A stretch of 52,491 nt of DNA, counting the filler, from Catajapyx aquilonaris (Eukaryota): the NCBI GenBank assembly GCA_000934665.2. It is 3 parts of 3 records of this genome, joined end to end, with 100 filler letters (N's around TTAATTAATTAA, not from the genome) between each part and the next. Parts side by side here need not be neighbours in the genome. Positions count along the whole stretch, not along the records: positions 1 to 17,587 come from KZ539623.1; positions 17,688 to 35,052 come from JYFJ02006972.1; 1 more part is not named here. One strand, 5' to 3'. The notes below the pieces were generated by a model. The model ran no database searches and had not been told where the DNA came from. It was given only the letters and a program-made list of their open reading frames with translations. How positions within the stretch are numbered: position 1 is the first letter of the stretch; every line of letters starts with the position of its first letter. Positions 11,708 through 23,700 of this stretch are shown here, piece after piece. The position numbers were made by a program, and so were the translations under genes.

Positions 11708-14700
11708 GCCGCTCTTGATGAGAGATGGGTGCCATCATCAGGCAGAGTTTCATCAATGAAGTCCGCCAGTGATATGTCGTTTGAAAGCGTCATTTAATTC
11801 CCAGTTTTTGCTCTTGGTGAATGTGGGGATGATATTCTGGAGCCGGAATGCCACTTGGCAACAATGTAACATGTACGTTGGCAAATCGATAAAATTATTC
11901 TGCGCTATTGTTCCTTCCCCTGAAAAGCAGCTGTTGCCTAGAACGGTTAACAAGTGCTTATGCAAACTTTCCAGATGATTAAAACGGCGAATTTGCGCTT
12001 TATGTAACCCTCGGCTGACACCCCGGGATCGGTTTCTGAATATCGTGGCATAATGTGATGTTTACAGTAGTTGTAACGCAAGCCACAAGTGTTTACATGG
12101 CAAGTTTCAAGTGCGCGGCTCATGGTTGGCTACATTTTTTTTTTTTGTGGATTCGTATATACCTTATCTGTAGCCTAGGAAAATCCATTCTAGTCCTTTT
12201 GATATCTGAGCTTGAAACGCTACGGATTTCCTTAAAGTCGAGAGTTCGCAGTATTCTGCTAACTCAATTCCTGCTGAGCTTTACTCTAAGCGCACATAAG
12301 CCTCATGTTTTCTTCCAACTCTCGAATGTTTCTACTTTTTTAAAAATTTATTTTTATTTTATTTTTTAAAGCTGATCTCAAAATCAACATTGGCTCATTC
12401 CCGGAACGTTGGAAACTCTATCAGCTTAATGCTGGACTAATTCTATGATAAGGTGACGAAGTATCCAATGTCAATGCTCAAGGTCGCTTCGAATCAATGA
12501 CATTCCAAGTACGGAGGGAAAGGTATAAGCCTAACAATTGCGCGCATACCTGAGCACATGACCTTTCACATTTAGGGTTAATCCGCCTTGCGGATCAAAA
12601 TCACACTCCAAAAAAAAAGCATTAATTGCTGGCAACGATAACTCCGCCAAGAATTTGCACCGTAATGGCCGTAAATGGGAAGCGTGGGAAAGATATTTGT
12701 ATTCCATGGACCAAACGGGCTGGGACTATAAGAGAGACGTCATTAAAGAAGATTGAATTGCAAATTGCTACTTTTGAACAAAGCTTCGGCCGTAATACTG
12801 GCAGGATGATTCTTGCCGCACTTATTTTCTGATCGTCCTTTTTTTTTTTGTAATCTTTTGAAACTGTGCTGGAAAAACTATCTGTAATTTCAGATGGGAT
12901 GAATAAGCATGTCCCATCTGGAGAGGATTTGCAGGAATTTTCCACTTACATGTAATCTGCTCGAAATGTAAGAAATAAGCCGGTATCTACTTTGCAGAAT
13001 TTTAATTCGAAGGTAAACTTGATTATCAGTGATTACACGCCCTTTAATTTTAACAAGCGAGGGATTCAGTTTTGGTCGAAAGTGAATCGTGCGCAGCATA
13101 TAAGCCGGGATATTTTTCAGTCTTTTTTGAACAGCTTATGCATTATTATACTCTGTCCACAGCCACTTTTTATACTTTGGGGACATTTTAATCTTGGCGC
13201 TAGGCCGTGAACCTAACATGTAGCTAGTGATAATTCATCCCTTTAATTATTCCTCGTTACCCAGCCCCGCGCTTTAATCTGGAAGGCAAATAGACTTTGT
13301 CGCTTGACGTCACTATCATGCTTATCCCCACACTGGATGTTTGATCTTTCTTGACGTAAATCGCAGTGGATGCCACTGTTGTGTCACCGGATTCATATGC
13401 AGCTAAAGTTTCCGATTTGCCAATGGCGCAATGCCCCAGGCCTAATCACAACTCTCAATGTACCAGTACTTTGGGTGCTAGTCCATGAAGTGCGTCACAT
13501 GTCATCATACTACATACATTGTGTATATACGTATATTTTTTAGTCGTTAAAAATGCATCTGTCATTATCTATACCCACAGCACAGCACTTGTCATTAGTA
13601 TGCACTTACTCATTTATCTCTCCAAAAATTACATTTGCGCACTTCAAACGAACTCGGGGGTTGGACATCCGAATTGCACTTTAGACCAGCATTTTTTTTT
13701 TGGTCGAGGGTCATGCCATCGATCGTTGCAAATAAGCATTGGAATGCGACTTTTCCCAAGTGGTCTGTATACAGTGCGCCTGGTTTTTTTTTATATAGTT
13801 TTTTTTTCTACCAGTCCCCACTCACCTCATCCAGGGAGTCTGCTACTCTCATATACAGTAAAGCAGCGATAGCACATGCAGACTCCTGATAGAGTGGGGC
13901 TGGAAATAAAAATGGGCAATAGGACAACGCCAGAAGCCCTACGATACAAGTCAAGAAGAAGGGGGAGATAAGTTTTTTTTAAAAAAAATCTGGCTATTGC
14001 CTTTATGGGTGTGAATGTTATGAGTGGAAATTTGGACAAAAGTCTGGTCTTCATCTGTGTGCAGGAACTTTGCCAGGGTTTGGACACTGTTTCACCATAT
14101 TTGAATCTGAACAGATGGCAAGCGTCAAATGTTGGTTGATAGTGTTTTTGTTGTGTGTTTCTTGTGGTTTGTATGTGGGAGACTCGTAATGTTTGTGGAA
14201 TGCTTTTAACCTAATCGTTACCCAAGACGTTGATTTCCTGGATTCCTTGTTTCGTCTGGGTGAAAGCTGCCTGGTGCACAGTAACAAAGGCCATAAAGCG
14301 CTGCGTTCAAGTAATTGAAACCTGATCAGAAACCTTTAGAAGCGCTTTCATTGTTTTTGGAGCGAGTGATTGTAAATGGTTCGTGGTGTTACCTCCACTT
14401 TAAGACTGGAGGGCCTGAAATCGGCGGCAAATTCACGCGCCAAAGCCAGATCAATAATAATGAGAAGCGGTCTGATGCATTTGTATTGCAATCCAGATTT
14501 TGAATTTCCCACTAGATCAATTGCGCCCCAGATGGAAGGAACCTGCCATGACTAATTGATCAGCAAGTGTGGACTCAAAATTTTTGCCTAGAAAATATTT
14601 AAAAAAATAAAACAACCTAACTATCGCATGTAAATTGATAATTAAAACTACATATTGTTGAAGCTGAAGAATCTTTTGTTGTTGGGAAATTAAAATGCCT

Positions 14701-15399
14701 CGGGCACGGGGTCCACACAGGCAAAGTATACGGTATGTCTCTGGGAGTTCGTCTGCCATCATCATGAAGTGATCTTATAGTCTCCAGACCCCCTGGAAGA
14801 TAAGAGACTCGTGAAGCTCTTCAGTGATCCGCACCCACCAGCTGTATAGGACATGCGAATGGGGACGCCATTTGAAACTTCCTACTCGCCCACTTAAATG
14901 GCTCTTCTACGGGATAAAATCAGGATTCAGAGTTTGTTTCACTTTTTTTTTTTTAAACAAAGAGTGCCGGCTGTGTAGTGTCGGGTTTTTGTAAAAAGAA
15001 GGGGAAAAAACTGGCATGAATTTATTACAGTGTAAATTACTATGTCGCCTTCCATCATCTCTTACCTTTAAAGGTCGTCCATATGAATTAAGCGTGGGCG
15101 TCCCTTGCTAATGTTATTACACCCGCAGGATGCATTTTACATATAACGTTACTGTAATATATTAGCTTTAAAAAAATCAATCAGGAGCTGAGATACATGA
15201 TACATCATAAGTCATCCTCATAATTACCTGACCTATCTGCCACCAAGTGCACTTACCAGCCCGTTTTTAACACATGGATCCTGAGAGGGTCGTTAGAAGG
15301 CTAATAGCAAGGGGACTCCAGTCCTCTAGTTTGTTGTCGCAAGAGTTGACCCACCTTTTTCCCCTCTGAAAGCCGTGTGGCGTGGACCCCCCCCCCCCC

Positions 15400-15740
15400 N
15401 NNNNNNNNNNNNNNNNNNNNNNNNNNNNNNNNNNNNNNNNNNNNNNNNNNNNNNNNNNNNNNNNNNNNNNNNNNNNNNNNNNNNNNNNNNNNNNNNNNNN
15501 NNNNNNNNNNNNNNNNNNNNNNNNNNNNNNNNNNNNNNNNNNNNNNNNNNNNNNNNNNNNNNNNNNNNNNNNNNNNNNNNNNNNNNNNNNNNNNNNNNNN
15601 NNNNNNNNNNNNNNNNNNNNNNNNNNNNNNNNNNNNNNNNNNNNNNNNNNNNNNNNNNNNNNNNNNNNNNNNNNNNNNNNNNNNNNNNNNNNNNNNNNNN
15701 NNNNNNNNNNNNNNNNNNNNNNNNNNNNNNNNNNNNNNNN
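15400..15740. other. Assembly gap flanked by poly-C and poly-G
   Basis: 341 N. Confidence 0.99.
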
Positions 15741-17587
15741 GGGGGGGGGGTACTTGGCTCTGGTCGAGTGAGAAGCAACAATACGTTCCATTACGGTATT
15801 CAAGTACGCTTTCAAAAAGCGCTTGTGCATATTTTGAAGCGGGATGGTATAGTTATATGCTGGATATAATGAGAAATACTGAATGGTCCTACTTTTACCC
15901 ATGCCTGATGTCCTACATGTAGGACAGTTGTCATTTGCTCATAAAAACATTTAAAAAAATTTAACACAAAAATTTTCAGGCATAAATGTGCTGGCCCCCT
16001 TTATATGATTAGCAGTTGAAGCAAGTGCAAAGTAAACTAACTGTAACTTCATGCGGTGTTGCGGGTTACATCCTCATATTGTTACTGACTATGCAATGAT
16101 GTACTCGTAATTGTGCTAACATGCCAGACGTGAAAGGAGCAATAACCGTCGCGTCGTTGCGGAAATTTCGCAGAGAACCATTAGACGTGATTGCAACCTA
16201 TAAAGTGCATCAGGGCAAGATGTGGTGTAAAGTTCACAGATTGGACGCCCTTAGATATTGATAGCTTCTCTATTTAATGGAAACATTACACCGGAGAATT
16301 CGCGGCGAAAAGGCAAATATATTTTGCCATCCCAAATGTATTCCTAGCAGCCATTACCTGTAAACGTTCTCCCACCACTTTCACTAATTAGAAACCCATG
16401 ACTGTTGCAAACCAGGCACCTGTGTCTGCAACGTCAATATGGGGTAGAACTATATGTAGTGGTCTGGCATTACTGCAATTTGACATGACTAAGAGATGCC
16501 TTAGCCGCAATCCAATAATTCTCTCACTGTCAGACGCATTTCGCAAAGCTGAACGAAATGCAGTATTTTTCACCAAAATCCCAAGTCGGACATCGATATG
16601 GTCGAAGGTCTTCCCACGCCCGATTCTCTCATTTGAAACGTAAAGGACCCTGATGGAGACCAGATGAAAGAACGTCCCTCTGTGATGCCCGTTGAGGAGA
16701 AGGAAGGAGCGCCATTTGTCTCGGGAGCACCAGAGAAGATCATTCCAGCAAACTCTTTTTCCAGACCCAGATGAAGAGCAGTTTGCGACGAGTCCGAAAG
16801 TGGAAACGGAGATTGGACCTTTTTTTTCTGCAGATATTTTGTAATACTTTTAGGCGGTAGTACCTAACCTCATCAAAAATTTCAACCATATGTAGGCGGA
16901 TTAGTACATTTATTTAGGGCTGGTTATACTGGGAAGTACCTCAAGTTGAAACTAGAGGGACAAATGTTTGCTGGGAGAAATTTGCACCCGAGAAGCCCGC
17001 ATTTCTCTCGCCTTCCTTCAGCTCCCGGAGACATAATCGTGTTAAATTTGTCTTGCAAATTGCTTCCCTTCACGAGGGGCCATCAGTCTTGACTGCTAAA
17101 GGCGCAGTGTTGGTTTTTTATTATTATTAACGGAAATTTCTTGTTCATCACGTTGCACTAGGAGGCTCCTATATGAACGCTTCCGTAATCACTATATGTA
17201 TAAATATGTGACCTGACGGACAGATCCATCAAGTTGTTTTGATGTTCAGGATGGAGGGCTAGTATGCTGAAACCTGATCATAAGATGCCTTAACCGCAGA
17301 GAGGAATTATAATATGATCCATATTACCACTTGTGTGTGTCAAATATTATTTTATCATTATTTGAGCCGTACTGCTATGCTGGCTAGATATGAATATAAA
17401 ATTGCACCTTTTGATACTCCGGCTGACAGTTTTGTCAACCTTATCCTGCCTATATTCAACTTGCCCCTGAGAAGACACATCCTTCAATTTTTTATAGCAT
17501 CTGTACAAATTGTATTCCGCTGTAAGCTGGTAATGTACACAGTAGGGCGTGTGAAATTGATCCATGTGGAGGACCGAATGTAGAGTA

Positions 17588-17687
17588 NNNNNNNNNNNNN
17601 NNNNNNNNNNNNNNNNNNNNNNNNNNNNNNNTTAATTAATTAANNNNNNNNNNNNNNNNNNNNNNNNNNNNNNNNNNNNNNNNNNNN
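17588..17687. other. 100-nt assembly spacer with artificial TTAATTAATTAA linker
   Basis: N44-TTAATTAATTAA-N44, identical to the spacer at 35053. Confidence 0.95.
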
Positions 17688-17764
17688 TCACTGTTATCAT
17701 ATGGAAGAACCGATCTGAATAATATTTCAGTCACTCTGCATCAACCACTGAGATAACAACTTAG

Positions 17765-17918
17765 GGCGATAAGAAACTCGAGTGGTCTTGTGGAGGATCA
17801 TTTCCAAGGCATCTTGGATGTGTCGAATGCATGGCATATGACAACTTCGTTTCTTGCTGGGATTCTCACTGCTGCTATCATGGTGGGGTGGTTTCAGATA
17901 AGTCTGTGGGTGATATAG
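17765..17918 (+). CDS. Possible terminal exon encoding a GPI-anchor-like C-terminus
   Basis: AG| then AIRNSSGLVEDHFQGILDVSNAWHMTTSFLAGILTAAIMVGWFQISLWVI*; weak acceptor, no homology recognised. Confidence 0.25.
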
Positions 17919-18267
17919 TATTTGCCTTTATATCTTGGTTCTTATACAGTTACACTACCATAGTTTGTAAAAAAAATTGGCATGTGTTATACAGCCATCA
18001 GCACTCGAATGTCAATTATTTTCGGAGACTTCGCCTTGGGCCTTGATGGTTGCATAGCTCCAGGATACGTGTAGCCGAAGTTTGTTAGACAGTACTCACA
18101 GGCCCGGCAATGGACACTGACGTTACTGCCTTTGAATCTTTAGTTTCATTACTGATGTTATTAAAAGTCCGTCTTGCTATTGTCATGTTAATACCCAAAT
18201 TCCGATGCCTCACACATACAGTGTGTTCCAAGTATCCAAAAAATTTAAATCACAAAAAGGACAAATA

Positions 18268-18693
18268 CAGGGTGTATCTGAACTCAGTGCCCCGACGTAT
18301 ATGACTGCCTTCCTAGCCACCAGAGGATCGATTTAAGTATAGGAGTCATTATGTTTGGCCGCCGCATTACGGAGATAATTGGCCGCAAACATGTAGTACA
18401 AAATATCCTGTCGGTTAGGCCACCCATCAAACCCTCCCCCAGTCAGAAGGCTCTGGAAGGTCTGGGGGCGGGACTTTGTTGGTTTGTTGCCCACAGGTGG
18501 TAAGGCCTCTTTGGCTAGTTACACCAGAAAATTCTATTTAAAAGTCAGAAGGAGCGATTAGGCAAAAATCGCTAAAGAGTGTATCTCAGTAATGAGGCTG
18601 CCCAGACATAATGACTCCTCTACATAAGTTGATCCTCTGGTAGCTAGGAAGGCAGTCATATACGTCGGGGCACTGTACACCCTGTACACCCTG
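18268..18693. mobile_element. Tc1/mariner-type MITE
   Basis: TA-CAGGGTGTA ... TACACCCTG-TA with ~100-bp inverted arms (cagtgccccgacgtatatgactgccttcctagc); right terminal 9-mer tandemly duplicated. Confidence 0.85.
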
Positions 18694-20654
18694 TATGTCT
18701 AACAGATAGCAATGTGCTCAATATTGTGCCCTTGATAATCGGCGAAGTTGTTTGAAACACCTTTTGAAGGCCTCCCATAACCCCACAGGATTTTCAGATC
18801 ATCTCTGATTAGCACACTGAATCGGCATGTCTTACAAACTCATTTCATTTATTTAAATTATTCATCAATTCTTGTGTAAGAACGGGTACCTTGCTAATAA
18901 TTATAAAATATCCTGGCATGCACCTATCCACGCGAAATTGAAATTGTTACAATTGAGAAGGTCAAGTTTGATACCTTGAGATACAATAGGCAGTAGCCGA
19001 GACAATGTGTATTGACAATGTGTAAAGCCGTCTTAGCAAACTGTGCATGGCATTGTGATCATTCCAGTTAAACCTGATTGTTTCACTAACGAAGCTCTGG
19101 AGACCAGATGACATCCATACATAAAATATTCCCCTGGTTCCTCCACTTACTATAGAGGTTTTTCTGGATCAGTACGAAACACTGAATGATGCATCACAAT
19201 TTGACCAGAATCAGTCACTATCAGTGCCAGATCAGTGCCAAGCCGAAGCCCCCTTACCTGTAAAGTGTGTAGCGTAACGTACTGTACAAGGTGAGTAACA
19301 CCATATATTTAGTGTCATATGCCTGACTTTTTCTTTTGTTATCCAAGTTGGAGCATCGCCCAACCTGTAGTGCCCCAGGAGGTCATTATTATCGCTACCC
19401 CTCCAATTTTAAAACTTTAAATGCAGCAAATGCAGCCTCTAACTGCCATAAAAATGGCATTGAAAATTGAGCCCGTCGACATTAGTTTTCACAGTATTTG
19501 TCCGTCGTGGTGCAAATTAGTCGTATTTGTGGAAACGTGTCATTAATTATATTCAAGCGGGTAAATCACCAAAATATTGAAAAAAATACATATCCCTGTC
19601 TGGGGTGAGAGAAACAGTCTTCAGAAATCAATGGCAATGCTAATTTTGCTGCGACATGATAATTAAAGACCACTAGCGAGTTTCATTACTGTTCATTGTG
19701 GGATTTTGGATTCGGGATAGCGGGTAGAGGGCAAGGGGGTATGTGTGACCATGTGTGGGAGGCAGGCACAATCTTCCTATTCGCCATGAATGAACGACTT
19801 TCAATGCATATCCTGAAACACGAACTTGCTGACGAATTGGCTTACATAAGATGAATAAATGGGCTTAACTGGGACTAGATGTGCTTTAAATACACTTGTT
19901 CGTAACACTGACATGTCTGATTGATATTTAAACCCTTCCAATTTATTTCAATATTATACAATCGATCCGGGGATCGGATGCATTAGTCGCGTCGCTAGGT
20001 GTACACCTTAAACACATATGCCCGCACACGAATTGTGTCAGCACATCTTAAGGCGGCACTTGCGTCCTTGCTCAAGGGTAATTTTTCCTCCCCATCCTAT
20101 TCATATTTTACCCCACCAATAAAGTCATCAGGTAAAATGTGAATGGTTCGACCTTCAGTAAATTGCATTGTTCCACTTTGGACGTTTAAGTAGGACGTGT
20201 ATAGATCTGGAGGCCAGTTTTAGCACATAACAGGATTTGGAAAAGCAAAACCGGTATTAGAAAGGTGATGTTACCGCGTGCAGTCGAAATAAGGTGCATC
20301 ATGGAGTTATTTTCATATTTGTCCGAGTCGCTTCAGTATTGGTTGCGGATACGTTGCTATACAGCAACCACCAAGTAGAGGCTTACAGCCGTCGTCATAA
20401 ATACCATAAAGAGATGCAACTTATTATCACAAAAAAAGTTATGTGTTGCGAATGTCAACTGGGATCAATAATAACCCCCCTCCCCACCCTCCCCCAGTTA
20501 CAGGACAGTACAATGTCACTTCCGAATTACATGCAATAGTTGTCAGAGTCTGTCCGTTAGGTAGCTGCTGTGACGGTAGCGGCGGTGGTTGTGTTTCTGT
20601 TGGGCTTGGTGCTGTGCATGTCCGCTAGACCCCGACGATCTACGAGATTAATAT

Positions 20655-20740
20655 CTAGCAGGAACAATCGCAGGAGCAGCGTTTGACCCGCTTGTCCCGC
20701 TTGTGCTCTCCACTGCTGTCCACAGAGCGAGGACGAATAT
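20655..20740 (-). CDS. Type II membrane protein exon 6 (last)
   Basis: ttctttgcag| YIRPRSVDSSGEHKRDKRVKRCSCDCSC*. Confidence 0.88.
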
Positions 20741-23700
20741 CTGCAAAGAAGCATCCTTAGTGAAATCAAGCTCAAAATTACTACATCACGATATCTTCCT
20801 TACAATGTGGGTGAAAGTCAGGAACTTCACGAAGAGGCAGCGAAATGGGCTGCGGAAGAGACCGAGCATGCAGAGGGACAGGAGACATAAGTCCTGACCT
20901 CTTCTCAGCCACGACAATGATCTCGGGATGATCCTGCTCCTGCTGTTGAGGATGGTGGTGATGAAAGATATGTGGTTGTGGGTGAAGAGGGAGTGGAAGG
21001 GCTAGAGGAAGAGCATGGAAGGAGCGAAGATGTGCAGGCAAGGCGTGTATGGGGAGACTATGCATGGTTTCTTGTTCCTCTTGGTGCTCTTGCATATGTG
21101 GAGCGTGTGGGTGATGGACGTTGGGGTGACCATGCATGTTAGGATGAGCATGGGCCATAGCCATTTGATGGGGAGCTGGTGGCGGTGGCATTAGAACTTC
21201 GGCCGGAGTCATGTCCATTGCCTTGCTGCAAGTTGAACAACAGTTTCATGGCACGTGACCGTGACAATTTCCAATGCTTACCTTTGATCAGGTCCGCTTT
21301 CGCATACGATGGCCATCTTTTCCCCGGTAAAGTGCAAGTAGCGGGGGTCAGTAGTCAGATTGACCCCAAGGGGCAGGGCAACAGTCTTGGCCTGCTCATC
21401 CACTATTTCTTCAGCCTTTTTCTTCTCCACCAGGCAGTTCATTCGGGCTCGAGCGTTATTCTCCATCAGGTGCTGAAACAGGAGCGTCATCATTATCGAA
21501 TTGATAAAATAATGATAATGTGAAACAGTGCGTAAGGAATAGGATTTGCTTCCTTTATTGAGTAGGAATCATCCACTCGGACTTCAGTTCCTTTCAGCTT
21601 TAAGATGCCGTATTACTCGAGTTGATTTTGGAATGTTTGGCGCTATATGGAGATGCTGGGATGTCAATTCACACGACTTCTCCAATGAGCTATGACTTAA
21701 TGTAAGGGCATATTATGCTGGTCGTACTCAATTTCCTAGACAGCAGCCGAGGGGTCTAACTGGCATCATGATATTATCTCAAATTCACATGGGTGTGTTT
21801 AAGAATACAAAAACTAACAGTATACAGGGTTCATAAAACTATGAGGCTCGCTACACATATTATGGAATTCACCACGAGTGTAACGTATCCTGGCAGGTAT
21901 GCGTCCCTCCGGGTAGCCTCTCATTTTTTATTTAAATTTCAGGTCTTACCATGCAGTTTTTATTTAAACTGTGAGCTCATTGGAAGCGGAAAGACGGGCA
22001 GATTTAATTATATATCTGATTTAACACTGATCATTTAACCGAAAAAACCGAGGTCACGCGAAAGGACGCATATCTGCCAGGATGTTTTGTCTTGTTTTGG
22101 AATAAGTACGAGTATATACAAGGCTGAACCCTATTTACAGCACAGTCACTGCTTATTCATTTTAGGAAAATATGTTTATTCGCTCTGTATTACCTCCGCA
22201 ATGGAACCACCGAGCCTCCAAAGTAATTATAGTTACTCTCTGCCCTCCGCAAGACGTACCACAGAAACCCAGAAACATCCGAAGAGATATTTTCTAATAT
22301 TGTGCATTGTATTCTGAAGTTCCGGTTTTGTTATAGCTATGTGTATATTTACACCTCTCTGCAGTACATAATGGAATTCTGCAGTTACCCATAATATTTC
22401 AGCATATGACTAACTTGCCTGTTTGTGAGGCCTGAAACGTGCAAGACACAAATTGCATGACTTAGATCAAGGTTGTCTTCCGGAACTGTTTCCACCAACT
22501 AGAAGTGTGCAGCACACCACCCACACCTTAGGCCTTTTATGATCCTTTATTTACACCGTGCCAACATCTCCGAAGGTTCTCTTTATAACGTATTGGAAAA
22601 AAAGGTTTCATTGGCCGATAATATCATATAAGAGGGGGATATCAAGTTTAAGTTGGTTTTTGTGTGTAATTTTGAAAGGATGTAGGTGTCGCAAAGCACC
22701 AGAAAGTCAACTCATTTTAAAATCTCTACAAGGAGCCTGAAGATGTGGATCACACTAATTAATCCAATCCCTCAAGGACCTTGCTGTGCTCCTTTGGACT
22801 TGTAACAAAGGTTTTTGAAATCGCGTTCCTTTCTACAGTACTATTATGTTCTATGAATGGCGAAAAGTATGTAATCACTTCCGGCACTCCGGGTGTTTTT
22901 TTAAAAAAACTTACCTAACACTCTTAATTACGGGCCGGAGGAGGGCTGGGCAAAGATTTTAAAACGGTGTTTCTAAAATTAATTGTCGCAATGAAGCATG
23001 TCCAGAAATTCCAGAGAGAGGAGTTTCCATATCAATGATAAGAATGGCAAATTGGCGCTATTAAAAGATGCTCAAGAGGAAACCAAGAAATGATGATGCA
23101 ATTTAAAAACAATGGTAAGCTTATATATCTGCACACCTTAATTTCGTAACCACATCTCTCACGAATTCAAGCTACACCCAAACTCCAATTGTACAGCCGT
23201 AATTTTGTGCATTACCGCCTATGACCTATGACACCAACCCTGACATTCTTCCATGATGATCTCCACAAACTTTTACGAACACCATTCGTCAAGCCCTCTC
23301 CTTTAGAAATGAAACGTGACATACCCCGGCCAAATCGTCGAAGGTCAGCTGCAACGGCAATCGAATGACTTGTGTGACCTCTTCGCCCGAGGAAGGTCCC
23401 GAAGCCTCCGATTTGCCCGAATGTGACAGGCTCTCTCGGATTGAGTTACGATGTTGCGGTATGTTCTCCTCCTCAATTTCAAGCGGCTCATCCTGATAGA
23501 GACGATGTGCTTCAGGAAGACCCATCGGCATAGGCTCATCCAGCTGAAAAGTAAGGTCAAGGTGTGTCTTAAGGGTGTGAAGATTCCTCACACTCTCAAG
23601 AGTCGTTAAAAATGTGAGCATGCACTAGTGACTTTCTTGAGTGCCTTTAAAAAAGTCCGTATCCAATCGGTTAATCGTGAAAGTGTGAGCGCACAATTCA

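Noticed and set aside
12620..13210. Possible decayed LINE reverse-transcriptase fragment on the - strand
   Set aside because: Only vague resemblance, several stops and no diagnostic motif; needs a profile search
15267..15922. Long ORFs in the track
   Set aside because: They run through the N gap
16388..16830. ~148-codon open frame on the - strand
   Set aside because: No recognisable protein motif or convincing splice sites
17230..17290. Hammerhead-ribozyme-like motifs (here and at scattered CTGATGA sites)
   Set aside because: Could not build the stems with a properly placed GAAA core
17632..17643. TTAATTAATTAA as a biological motif (also 35097-35108)
   Set aside because: Identical N-flanked copies with stops in all six frames indicate an artificial linker
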